From NCBI GenBank assembly GCA_045588715.1, contig JAZNEQ010000151.1:1-56491 (forward strand): DNA of 56,491 nucleotides, given 5' to 3'. Shown here in pieces: positions 1-7,833 of the stretch. The notes under the pieces are model-generated. The model was not told the origin of the DNA. It saw only the letters and a list, made by a program, of their open reading frames with translations, and ran no database searches. The translations under genes were made by a program, and so were the position numbers. The stretch comes from Eubacteriales bacterium. Lineage in GTDB: Bacteria > Bacillota > Clostridia > Oscillospirales > CAG-272. Each line of letters begins with the position of its first letter. Position 1 is the stretch's first letter.

Positions 1-2
1 AT

Positions 3-557
3 TTTGGCAATCCAACATCTGCAAGATTTATAAGCGATAATCTTTGCAAGCCGATATCTGATTGCAAAGTGCTGTACTTTCCTAATGAGAAAGTCACCCC
101 CGAAAAGATAAAAAGCGGTAAATATGAGGCACGTGTGGCAGCGTTCGGCTTTCAGAAGAAGAACATCTATGTGGCAAACTATTTTGAGCCCTTACAGTTT
201 TTCAATCTTGATATTGACGTGATTTACATTAGCGGTGGAAATACCTTTGGAACGATGAAACTGATACGCGACTCGGGATTTGATAAAGCAATCGTTGATT
301 ACGTTCAAAGAGGTGTTATCTATATTGGCGGTAGCGCAGGTGCACATATTGCAACAGCAGATATTACTCACGTAGCAAAATATGATAAAGACACGTTTGG
401 TTTAACTGATTTTTCGGGACTTGGTTTGTATAAGGGCATCTTGGTTTGCCACTATACCGAAGACCGAAAAGCAGACTTCGATGCCTTGAACTCTTTAGGT
501 AAATATCGTGCCATCTCGTTAAGCGAGGAACAGTCAATCGTGATAAAAGATGAGTGA
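3..557 (+). CDS. S51-family peptidase (dipeptidase E-like), 5' end lies outside the window
   Basis: The frame of ORF 69..557 stays open back to nt 3, so the listed start is artificial. Motifs YISGGNTF and YIGGSAGA (S51 nucleophile context) are present. Confidence 0.7.
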   Translation, partial: FGNPTSARFISDNLCKPISDCKVLYFPNEKVTPEKIKSGKYEARVAAFGFQKKNIYVANYFEPLQFFNLDIDVIYISGGNTFGTMKLIRDSGFDKAIVDYVQRGVIYIGGSAGAHIATADITHVAKYDKDTFGLTDFSGLGLYKGILVCHYTEDRKADFDALNSLGKYRAISLSEEQSIVIKDE

Positions 558-623
558 TAAAAAACAATGTCGAGGACAATCATTTGGTTATCCTCGGCAT
601 TATCTTAATTCGAATAATTATAG

Positions 624-674
624 TAAAAAACAAATCCGAACCAATTTCGATTTACGAAATAGTTCGGATTTGTT
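624..674 (-). terminator. Hairpin terminator downstream of the orphan tRNA-Glu 3' fragment
   Basis: ACAAATCCGAAC (630-641) pairs with GTTCGGATTTGT (663-674), with an inner ATTTCG/CGAAAT pairing. A T-run follows on the minus strand (complement of A-run 625-629). Confidence 0.55.
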
Positions 675-677
675 ACG

Positions 678-706
678 TTTGGTGACCCGTAGCAGAATCT
701 GAACTG
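678..706 (-). repeat. Orphan copy of the 3' end of tRNA-Glu (3' half of T-arm, acceptor 3' strand, CCA)
   Basis: TTTGGTGACCCGTAGCAGAATC(T)GAACTG matches 844-871 except for one extra T. Homology stops at nt 707 and I could not fold a cloverleaf 5' of it. Confidence 0.8.
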
Positions 707-804
707 AAACGTGCGCCATGACGAGAGCAAAAGGGGAAGTGTGTGCACGCACGTTATAGCACATTTTGTAAACAAAATGTGCGCAGTTCGATTTGGATTG
801 TACA

Positions 805-846
805 GATAACAAAAGGACACGATACCGAATGGTATCGTGTCCTTTT
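805..846 (-). terminator. Hairpin terminator immediately after tRNA-Glu
   Basis: AAAAGGACACGATACC (811-826) pairs with GGTATCGTGTCCTTTT (831-846) around a GAAT loop. On the minus strand the stem ends in CCUUUU followed by GUUAUC. Confidence 0.6.
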
Positions 847-920
847 GGTGACCCGTAGCAGAATCGAACTGCTGTTACTGCCGTGAAAGGGCGGTGTCTT
901 AACCTCTTGACCAACGGGCC
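846..920 (-). tRNA. tRNA-Glu (anticodon UUC)
   Basis: The reverse complement reads GGCCCGTTGGTCAAGAGGTTAAGACACCGCCCTTTCACGGCAGTAACAGCAGTTCGATTCTGCTACGGGTCACCA. Hand-folded cloverleaf of 75 nt with encoded CCA and anticodon loop CTTTCAC. There is one C:A mismatch in the anticodon stem. Confidence 0.9.
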
Positions 921-922
921 GA

Positions 923-999
923 TGGTAGCGGGAATTGGATTTGAACCCATGACCTACCGGGTATGAACCGGTTGCTCTAGCCAACTGAGCTATCCCGCC
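923..999 (-). tRNA. tRNA with CAU anticodon (elongator Met most likely; lysidine-Ile2 not excluded)
   Basis: The reverse complement reads GGCGGGATAGCTCAGTTGGCTAGAGCAACCGGTTCATACCCGGTAGGTCATGGGTTCAAATCCAATTCCCGCTACCA. It is 77 nt with anticodon loop TTCATAC. It lacks initiator features (no C1:A72, no GGG/CCC anticodon stem). It has a G1:U72 pair and one G:A mismatch in the T-stem. Confidence 0.85.
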
Positions 1000-1010
1000 A
1001 ACGCTTGAAT

Positions 1011-1039
1011 ATTATATCACATATTGTAATCCTTGTCAA
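1011..1039 (-). promoter_or_regulatory. Sigma-A type promoter for the tRNA-Met/tRNA-Glu pair
   Basis: The minus strand reads TTGACA (1039-1034), a 17-nt spacer, then TATAAT (1016-1011), about 12 nt upstream of the tRNA-Met 5' end. Confidence 0.65.
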
Positions 1040-1145
1040 GCCTTTTTTTGAAAAAAATAAAAAAATAAGGATGTTTGTAACAAGTTACAAAAGTTGGTTT
1101 TTTTTGTTGCTTTTTTGAATGTTTTTGTGCATTTTAAAAAAGGTA

Positions 1146-1174
1146 TTGAAAAGGAGAAGAAAATGAGATATAAT
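1146..1174 (+). promoter_or_regulatory. Sigma-A type promoter for the aldose epimerase gene
   Basis: TTGAAA (1146-1151), a 17-nt spacer, then TATAAT (1169-1174). RBS AAAGGAG lies before the ATG at 1216. Confidence 0.55.
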
Positions 1175-1215
1175 AAAAATGTTCAAATGCTATTTTTGCA
1201 TAAAGGAGAAAAAAT

Positions 1216-2088
1216 ATGCTTTACACGCTGAAAAACAACCAACTGACCGTTGTGGTTTCCGATGTGGGAGCCGAGCTTCATTCTGTAAAGAGAGGCGATT
1301 GCGAATACATCTGGGTAGGGAATCCCGACGTATGGCCTTTTAAGGCGCCTCTTGTATTTCCCGTGTGCGGAAGATTTTTTGAGGGGAAATATACCTATCG
1401 CGGAAAAACCTATGAGATCAACTGCCACGGCTTTATTCGTCCCTCTGTATTCTCGGTAGCAGAACAGACAGAAACCTCTATTTGTCTGCGCCTTGTCTCC
1501 AATGAAGAGACCAAAAAGGTATACCCCTTTGACTTTGAATTGGACGTGTGGTACGTTCTTGAAGGTGACAAGCTGACCAATCGTTTTGTAATGAAGAATC
1601 CCGGAGAGGACGTTTTGCCTATTACCCTTGGCGCACATCCCGGCTTTAACGTGCCGCTGGACGGAAAAGGCGAGTTTACCGACTATTATCTGGAATTCGC
1701 AAACGCTTGCAGCCCCGATCATATCCAATGCACCGAGCGCTGCCTGCGTGATGGAACCAGATATGCGTTCCCGTTGGAAGGGGGCAAGCGCCTTTCCTTG
1801 CGTCACGATCTGTTTGACAATGACGCCATTTTCCTCTCTCGCGCCGACAGTACGGTAACCTTGAAGTCGGATAAGAGCGAAAGATCGGTTACCTTGACCT
1901 ATCCCGATATGCCTTATCTCGGCGTATGGCACAAGCCCAAGATGGAGGCTCCCTACGTTTGTATCGAGCCTTGGTGCGGTCTGCCCGGTGTTGACGGTTG
2001 TATCGAGAATATGGAAACAAGATCGGATATGTTCCGCATTCAGCCCGCCGGCGAAAAGACTGTTGAATTCTCTATGATATTTGCTTAA
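1216..2088 (+). CDS. Aldose 1-epimerase family protein (LacX-like mutarotase)
   Basis: The 290-aa ORF has an RBS. The segment APLVFPVCGRFFEGKYTYRGKTYEINCHGFIR matches the LacX/aldose-epimerase signature region as I remember it. Confidence 0.8.
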   Translation: MLYTLKNNQLTVVVSDVGAELHSVKRGDCEYIWVGNPDVWPFKAPLVFPVCGRFFEGKYTYRGKTYEINCHGFIRPSVFSVAEQTETSICLRLVSNEETKKVYPFDFELDVWYVLEGDKLTNRFVMKNPGEDVLPITLGAHPGFNVPLDGKGEFTDYYLEFANACSPDHIQCTERCLRDGTRYAFPLEGGKRLSLRHDLFDNDAIFLSRADSTVTLKSDKSERSVTLTYPDMPYLGVWHKPKMEAPYVCIEPWCGLPGVDGCIENMETRSDMFRIQPAGEKTVEFSMIFA

Positions 2089-2102
2089 TTATGTAAAAGA
2101 TG

Positions 2103-2136
2103 AAAAGGGCTCAAGCACCACGCTTGAGCCCTTTTC
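2103..2136. terminator. Bidirectional hairpin terminator between convergent genes
   Basis: GGGCTCAAGC (2107-2116) pairs with GCTTGAGCCC (2122-2131), flanked by AAAA and TTTT. Confidence 0.75.
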
Positions 2137-2141
2137 ATCTT

Positions 2142-2579
2142 TTACAATGTGTTGATCTCGTCCGTCATACTTTCCCCCAAAACACGAATGCCGTTTTTTA
2201 AAAGCAGATCAGTGGTGATGCCGTTTCCGCTGACCAAAGTTTTATCAAAATTTCCGCTGTAGATACATCCCATGCCGCAGGAGGGACTGCGTTCCTTTAA
2301 GATCGCGATCTCACACTTATTTGCACGGGCGATTTCAAGTGCTTTCGTGGCACCGTCCTGATAGTTTTGAGTGACGTCGCGACCGTCCTTTGTAAGAACG
2401 CGGTCGCCAACGATCTCGCTTGGTATGCGTGGGGTAGGGAGTCCCCCAAAAACCTCGGGGCATACGGGAACGAGATGATGTGTTTTTTGCAGATCGCAAA
2501 TTGTTTTTACAGGCTTGCTTTTCCCGTCGTAGCGGCAAGGCGTGCCCAAAAGACAGGCGCTGACAAGAATTGATTTCAT
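2142..2579 (-). CDS. DUF523 family protein (TudS-like thiouracil desulfidase fold, Cys-ligated Fe-S predicted)
   Basis: I take the internal ATG at 2579 (MKSILVSACLLGTPCRYDG...), which is preceded by GGAGG plus 7 nt. The longer listed ORF runs into tRNA-Gly. Conserved Cys motifs are SACLLG.PCRYDG and VPVCPE. Confidence 0.75.
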   Translation of the reverse strand: MKSILVSACLLGTPCRYDGKSKPVKTICDLQKTHHLVPVCPEVFGGLPTPRIPSEIVGDRVLTKDGRDVTQNYQDGATKALEIARANKCEIAILKERSPSCGMGCIYSGNFDKTLVSGNGITTDLLLKNGIRVLGESMTDEINTL

Positions 2580-2596
2580 AGGGGAGCCTCCAATGA

Positions 2597-2636
2597 TAAA
2601 AAAACTGATCCATTCGCTTTTTGGAGAATGGATCAG
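2597..2636 (-). terminator. Hairpin terminator directly after tRNA-Gly
   Basis: On the minus strand CTGATCCATTC pairs with GAATGGATCAG (an 11-bp perfect stem; plus coordinates 2626-2636 and 2605-2615). T7 follows. Confidence 0.7.
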
Positions 2637-2642
2637 TCGATT

Positions 2643-2716
2643 TGGAGCAGATGACGGGAATCGAACCCGCGTATTCGGCTTGGGAAGCGGACACTCTGCC
2701 ATTGAGTTACATCTGC
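2643..2716 (-). tRNA. tRNA-Gly (anticodon CCC)
   Basis: The reverse complement reads GCAGATGTAACTCAATGGCAGAGTGTCCGCTTCCCAAGCCGAATACGCGGGTTCGATTCCCGTCATCTGCTCCA. It is 74 nt with a perfect acceptor stem, discriminator U and loop TTCCCAA. There is one C:C mismatch in the anticodon stem. Confidence 0.88.
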
Positions 2717-2745
2717 GTTTTGGAAGGAGATTTCAAAGCATATAG

Positions 2746-2774
2746 ATTGTATCACAAAATGCGCCCGATGTCAA
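2746..2774 (-). promoter_or_regulatory. Sigma-A type promoter for tRNA-Gly
   Basis: The minus strand reads TTGACA (2774-2769), a 17-nt spacer, then TGATACAAT (extended -10, hexamer 2751-2746). Confidence 0.6.
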
Positions 2775-2811
2775 TAGCTCGGACGCATTTTTGAGAAATA
2801 AATTTTGTACG

Positions 2812-3753
2812 TCAATTTTCAGAAGACGCGGCAGACGCACGCTTTTCAAAAAATTGGGGAAGCTGTGCCAAAATAATCGCCGCAAAGACAAGGGCGCATC
2901 CAAAAAATTCACGGGGAGAGAGGGTGTTGCCGGAGATCAACCAGCCGCCAAGTGCCGCAAAAACGCTTTCCATACTCATGGAAATGGAGGCGATCGCGGG
3001 CTCGGCATACTGCTGACCGTAGATCTGCAGGGTGTAAGCGATCCCGCTGGAGACAATGCCGAGGTAAAGGATCTGCGGTGTGGCGGCGAGGACGTTTTCC
3101 CATACGATGGTTTCAAAGCAAAGAGAGAGAACCAAGGAAATGATGCCGCACACCAAAAACTGAAGCATGGAAAGAAGAACGCCGCCTACGGGGGAGGCGA
3201 AGCGATCGACCGTAAGAATATGGAAGCTAAAGCTGATGGCACAGAAAAAGACGAGAACGTCGCCAAGATAAACGTTTTCAATTCCTTCCGAAAGGCTCAA
3301 AAGGTAAATGCCTCCAATGGCGATGGCTACCGCGATCCAAACGGGTAGTTTTATTTTTTGACCGATAAAGATGGAGAACACGGGGACTAAAACGACGTAA
3401 AGTGCCGTTAAAAAGCCGGCACGGGCTTCACTGGCAACTCCCGCTGGATAGTAGGACAGGCCAAATTGTTGAAAATTGACACTGATCGCCAAAAGTACCC
3501 CGCACAGTACACCGCCGAGGAGAGCTTGCTTTTTTTGATATGAAGTGGTGGGGAAGAGCGGGAGATGCCGCGCCTTAGAGGTGATAAAAAGAAACAAAAA
3601 AAGAAAAAGAGAGCCGATGAAGGAACGCAGTGCATTAAAAATAAAAGGGGGGACCAAATCGGCGGCCTGACTTTGCGCAACGAAGGCAAGTCCCCATAGA
3701 AAGGAGGCAAGGCAGAGGATACTGCTGCCCTTGAGATTGTTAGTTGTTTTCAT
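2812..3753 (-). CDS. DMT-superfamily (EamA-like) permease
   Basis: The 313-aa polytopic membrane protein has two EamA-like halves (SSILCLASFLWGLAFVAQ... and ...GIAYTLQIYGQQY). Confidence 0.75.
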   Translation of the reverse strand: MKTTNNLKGSSILCLASFLWGLAFVAQSQAADLVPPFIFNALRSFIGSLFLFLFLFITSKARHLPLFPTTSYQKKQALLGGVLCGVLLAISVNFQQFGLSYYPAGVASEARAGFLTALYVVLVPVFSIFIGQKIKLPVWIAVAIAIGGIYLLSLSEGIENVYLGDVLVFFCAISFSFHILTVDRFASPVGGVLLSMLQFLVCGIISLVLSLCFETIVWENVLAATPQILYLGIVSSGIAYTLQIYGQQYAEPAIASISMSMESVFAALGGWLISGNTLSPREFFGCALVFAAIILAQLPQFFEKRASAASSEN

Positions 3754-3851
3754 AAAATGATCCTTTTTTAAACTTCGGTGATGATTTTATCATATTTCAT
3801 TTGTAAAATCAATACCTTTTTACCTTGATTTTGATTGTTTACAATTTTTTG

Positions 3852-3880
3852 TTGAAAAAAGAGGAAGAAAATGCTATAAT
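3852..3880 (+). promoter_or_regulatory. Sigma-A type promoter ahead of the TetR-led lipid operon
   Basis: TTGAAA (3852-3857), a 17-nt spacer, then TATAAT (3875-3880). Confidence 0.55.
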
Positions 3881-3931
3881 ATCAGTAAAGTCGGCAGATA
3901 TAAAAAATGACGATGGAAAGGAGGGATTCTT

Positions 3932-4522
3932 GTGTCACAGCTTACGAAAAAAGCAATCGTGGAGGCAACGCTGACGTTGGCGCAGAGCAAATCAATTTCA
4001 AAGATCACGGTGCGCGATATTGTAGAGCTTTGCGGCATTACGAGAAATACCTTCTATTATCATTTCCATGATATCTACGAGGTCCTTGAGGATATGATCG
4101 ATGCAAAATTCGATGCCTTGGAGGGAACGTGGGGAACCGATCCTCAAAATGCGATATACGAGTTGCGATCGTTTTTAAATGAACATAGAAAGATCCTTTT
4201 TAATCTTTATCGGGCAATCGGACACGAGACGTTGGAAAATTATCTGCTGCATCGTCTGCATGCCATTATAATGGAGATTTTATACGCTGAAAACGTGCAT
4301 TACGGTGTGCCTCTTACAAAGTTAGAGCTGATTGCCGACTTTTACGCGCAGGCGTTTACGGGACAGTTTTTAAAAAGGATGAAAACCGAAGGGGAGGACT
4401 TTTTTACCGATGCCGCAGAGCTTGATGAAATTTTCAGCGGGATTTTTGCATACTGCCTCGGCAACTGTAAGGGACTGTCCAAGAGCGATTCCCAAACGCT
4501 GGAAAAAAATGTAAAACCGTAA
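3932..4522 (+). CDS. TetR/AcrR family transcriptional regulator (DhaS-like subgroup)
   Basis: GTG start after GGAAAGGAGGG. The N-terminal HTH reads ITVRDIVELCGITRNTFYYHFHDIYEVLE, which resembles the dihydroxyacetone-kinase-regulator type of TetR protein. Confidence 0.75.
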   Translation: MSQLTKKAIVEATLTLAQSKSISKITVRDIVELCGITRNTFYYHFHDIYEVLEDMIDAKFDALEGTWGTDPQNAIYELRSFLNEHRKILFNLYRAIGHETLENYLLHRLHAIIMEILYAENVHYGVPLTKLELIADFYAQAFTGQFLKRMKTEGEDFFTDAAELDEIFSGIFAYCLGNCKGLSKSDSQTLEKNVKP

Positions 4523-4641
4523 TACATTTAAAAGAGAATGCCCAAAAAACAGACATTTGCTTTGATTTGTCTATGGATTTTGGGATTGTCATTTGATACA
4601 ATTACGCTGATGATTTGTGATCAGCAGAAAGGAGAATCAAT

Positions 4642-5238
4642 ATGAACGAGCATTTCGATGTAAAGCCCAACAGTGCCGTTGTGAAAAGTGCCAAGATCAT
4701 GCATCTTTGCTCCTCGGTCATTTTTTTGATCGCGGGTCTTTTGATCGCGCTTATTCCCAATTTTGATGATTTTGATTTTTTTGGAACGATCGTTGTCGGT
4801 GTTGCAAGTATCATTATCGGGGTTACGGGAATTTACGGCTATTTTTCAAACGATATGTACCGTTTGGCATTTCAATCGGATTTTGCTTTGGGGATCTTTA
4901 ACGTTATCCTTGGTATTTTGCTGATCATCAAACCGGTACAGCTTCCCGTTCTTTTGCCAACGGCAATCTCTATTTTGACGTTGCTTGACGGCGGAAACAA
5001 ATCTCAGATCGCAATTGAAGGACAACGCTTTGGAATCCGCAAGTGGTATCTTGTGGTCTTTTCTGCGCTTCTTGAAATCGCGGCGGGAATTGTTTTGATC
5101 GTTTTGGCATATCACAGTATGGACGTTCGCATTTGGATGGGTGTTGCTATGGGTATTGTTGGCGTTACCAATTTTTGGACGACCATGTATACCGTCCGTA
5201 TTCGGGAAAATCATCAATTTTTGACAAATAAAAATTGA
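4642..5238 (+). CDS. Multi-pass membrane protein, HdeD/DUF308-like, function unknown
   Basis: RBS AAAGGAGAA. The 198-aa product has about 6 Gly-rich hydrophobic segments. The family assignment is tentative. Confidence 0.55.
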   Translation: MNEHFDVKPNSAVVKSAKIMHLCSSVIFLIAGLLIALIPNFDDFDFFGTIVVGVASIIIGVTGIYGYFSNDMYRLAFQSDFALGIFNVILGILLIIKPVQLPVLLPTAISILTLLDGGNKSQIAIEGQRFGIRKWYLVVFSALLEIAAGIVLIVLAYHSMDVRIWMGVAMGIVGVTNFWTTMYTVRIRENHQFLTNKN

Positions 5239-5248
5239 GGAAAATGAC

Positions 5249-6148
5249 ATGAGAAGAATTCAAGTGCTTACCGATTCTTGTTCCGATCTTTCGGGAGAGC
5301 TTCTTTTGAAGTACGGTATTGATTACTGCCGCATGAACACCGTACAAAACGAGGAGGAAACTCCGGCATCTCTTTTGTGGGAATACTATACTCCGCACGA
5401 GCTGTATGAGCTCATGCGTGCGGGGGAGCGAGTAAAAACCACGCAGGTTCCCCCCGCCGAATTTACAAGGGTGTTTACAAAGTATATAGAGGAGGGCTGC
5501 GATATCCTTTATGTCGGATGCTCCTCCAAGCAATCGGGTTCTGTGAACACTGCGACTGTAATTGCAAAAAAACTGAAGGAAACCTACCCGGATGCCAGTA
5601 TCCTTTGCGTTGATTCTCTCAACGCAAGTATGGGAGAGGGGCTTTTGGCGATCCGTGCGGCGGAGCTGGCAAGTGAGGGACTTCCTTTAGAAGATGTCTA
5701 TAATACGGTTCTTTCTCTTCGAAATTGCGTTAATCAATACGTAACCGTGCATTCCTTGCGTGCGCTTGAGCGCGCGGGGCGTGTGACGGCAAGTGCCGCT
5801 TTTTTGGGGAACCTTATGGGGGTCAAGCCGATTTTGATCTCCGACGCAGACGGAGTGCAGACCCCTATCAAAAAGACAAAAGGGCGCATGAATTCCTTTA
5901 AGGAAATCGTAGAACTGCTCGCAGGTTCGATTACGGACCCAACAACACAAACTGTATATATTGCGCATGCGGATTGTGCCGAAGCAGAGCTTGAGGAAAT
6001 GAAGCGTTTGATCAAGGCAAAAATTCCTTGCCGTGATATCGTATGCGTTTACATCGGCCCCATCATCGGTGCCAGCATTGGTCCCGATGCGATCGGGATT
6101 TGGGCGTTCGGTAACGAGGTTACCTACCGCGTAAGCGAGGTGAAATGA
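5249..6148 (+). CDS. fakB: DegV family fatty-acid-binding protein (FakB-type)
   Basis: 299 aa. The N-terminus IQVLTDSCSDLS is typical of DegV. Its stop overlaps the next start (ATGA at 6145-6148). Confidence 0.8.
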   Translation: MRRIQVLTDSCSDLSGELLLKYGIDYCRMNTVQNEEETPASLLWEYYTPHELYELMRAGERVKTTQVPPAEFTRVFTKYIEEGCDILYVGCSSKQSGSVNTATVIAKKLKETYPDASILCVDSLNASMGEGLLAIRAAELASEGLPLEDVYNTVLSLRNCVNQYVTVHSLRALERAGRVTASAAFLGNLMGVKPILISDADGVQTPIKKTKGRMNSFKEIVELLAGSITDPTTQTVYIAHADCAEAELEEMKRLIKAKIPCRDIVCVYIGPIIGASIGPDAIGIWAFGNEVTYRVSEVK

Positions 6149-7806
6149 TGGGAAGAACTTCGATCAACGGTTTTTTGTGGGCGGATATGGTTGCCGCCGG
6201 CGGCGGAAATCTTCATGCACACGTGGATGAAGTCAATGATCTCAACGTTTTTCCGATTCCCGACGGAGATACGGGCGAAAATATGATGCTGACGATGCAG
6301 GGCGGTGTTAAGGTGGCCGGGCAGGCAGATGCATCGCTTTGCGATACGGCAGCGCGGATCTCTGACGGGATGCTGCTTAGTGCACGCGGAAATTCCGGGG
6401 TGATCCTCTCTCAGTTTTTCGCAGGAATAGCGGAGGGCTTTCAGGCATGTAGCGAGGCCGACGTTCACGCCTTAGAAAAGGCAGTCGATCGCGGTGTTGG
6501 ATGTGCCTTTGAATCGGTCGTAACCCCCACAGAAGGAACGATCCTTACCGTTATGCGTGATGCCGCAAGGTACGCGGCAAATACCAATCCCAAAACGGTA
6601 GAGGAGTATTTTGACGCATTTATAGGAGAAGCACAGCGTTCGTTGGATCATACCCCCGAGCTTCTTCCCATTCTTCGCGAGGCCGGCGTCGTTGATTCGG
6701 GCGGCGCGGGATTGCTTTACATTGTAAAGGGGATGTATGCGTATCTCTGTGGCGAGGAGATCGCGAAGTCGGATGTCGGCTCTTTTGCAAGTGCGGCGGC
6801 GGTGGACCCAAATCTGTTTGATGAGAATAGCATTATGGAATTTGGGTATTGCACAGAGTTGTTGCTGCGCCTCCAAAATTGCAAGGTGGACACCGCTTGC
6901 TTTGACGCTGAGGTGATCACGGAATACCTCAACAGCGTGGGAGATTCGGTGGTGCTTGTGAAAAACGGCACTGTCGTGAAGCTGCACGTGCATACCATGA
7001 CCCCGTATAAGGTGCTTGAATTTTGTCAGCGCTTTGGGGAATTTCTCACCGTGAAAATAGAAAATATGATGCTCCAGCATAACGGCACCGCTAAAAAGGA
7101 GGACCCTGCTCCCACAGCGGTACAGGCAAATGCCGAGGTGCGCCAACGTTTTTCGGTCGTAACGGTTGCTACGGGCGAGGGGATTCAAAATGCCTTTCTT
7201 GAAATGGGCGCCGACGAGGTGATTCGCGGTGGGCAGACAATGAACCCCAGTGCCGAGGATTTTTTACAGGCATTTGATCGTGTGAATGCAGACGTTGTGT
7301 TCGTATTGCCTAACAATGGTAACGTTTTGCTTGCCGCTCGTCAAGCGGCACAGCTTTACCAAAAAAGCGACGTTCGCGTGGTTCCGACGCATTCGATCGG
7401 TGATGGATATGCTGTCCTTTCCATGCTGGATTTTGATAGCGGAGATCCCGATGCGATCGAAGCAGAAATGAACGCGGCGATGGAAGGCGTCCTTACCGCT
7501 GAAATTTCAAAAAGCATAAGAGATGCCGAAATAAACGGCATAAAAATTAAAAAGGACGACTATATCGGTATCGAAGGAAAGAGGATTTTGGCCTCGGGTC
7601 AGAGTCGCGAGGAGGTGACGTGCCGTACGGCAGATGCACTTGATCTTTCTTCACACTCTCTTCTCTTGCTCATCCGCGGCGACGGCGTAGATGAAAAGAA
7701 TTCCGCACCGATCGTATCTTATCTTCAAAGCAAATATCCCCTTGCTGAAATTTGCGAGGCGGATGGCGGTCAGGATATTTACGAGTATATTCTGGTTGCC
7801 GAATAA
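6145..7806 (+). CDS. fakA: DAK2-domain protein, YloV/FakA-type fatty acid kinase
   Basis: 553 aa, the length of YloV/FakA. It carries the DAK2 motif NVFPIPDGDTGENM and is translationally coupled to the DegV gene. Confidence 0.75.
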   Translation: MMGRTSINGFLWADMVAAGGGNLHAHVDEVNDLNVFPIPDGDTGENMMLTMQGGVKVAGQADASLCDTAARISDGMLLSARGNSGVILSQFFAGIAEGFQACSEADVHALEKAVDRGVGCAFESVVTPTEGTILTVMRDAARYAANTNPKTVEEYFDAFIGEAQRSLDHTPELLPILREAGVVDSGGAGLLYIVKGMYAYLCGEEIAKSDVGSFASAAAVDPNLFDENSIMEFGYCTELLLRLQNCKVDTACFDAEVITEYLNSVGDSVVLVKNGTVVKLHVHTMTPYKVLEFCQRFGEFLTVKIENMMLQHNGTAKKEDPAPTAVQANAEVRQRFSVVTVATGEGIQNAFLEMGADEVIRGGQTMNPSAEDFLQAFDRVNADVVFVLPNNGNVLLAARQAAQLYQKSDVRVVPTHSIGDGYAVLSMLDFDSGDPDAIEAEMNAAMEGVLTAEISKSIRDAEINGIKIKKDDYIGIEGKRILASGQSREEVTCRTADALDLSSHSLLLLIRGDGVDEKNSAPIVSYLQSKYPLAEICEADGGQDIYEYILVAE

Positions 7807-7833
7807 TTCAAAATTCATGAAAGAAGGTCTTTT

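Noticed and set aside
707-843. I considered a second complete or pseudo tRNA between the two tRNA-Glu 3' copies.
   Set aside because: I could not fold a cloverleaf. Similarity to tRNA-Glu ends at nt 706 and only isolated hairpins are present.
605-984. Three listed minus-strand ORFs (605-820, 618-950, 754-984) span the tRNA region.
   Set aside because: They overlap the tRNA-Met and tRNA-Glu genes, their terminators and the orphan fragment. They have no RBS and give low-complexity translations. They are artefacts of stop-free RNA-gene sequence.
2580-2702. The long form of ORF 2142-2702 adds a 41-aa N-terminal extension to the DUF523 protein.
   Set aside because: The extension reads through the tRNA-Gly terminator and into the tRNA gene itself. 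The internal ATG at 2579 has a GGAGG RBS and gives the family-typical N-terminus MKSILVSACLLG.
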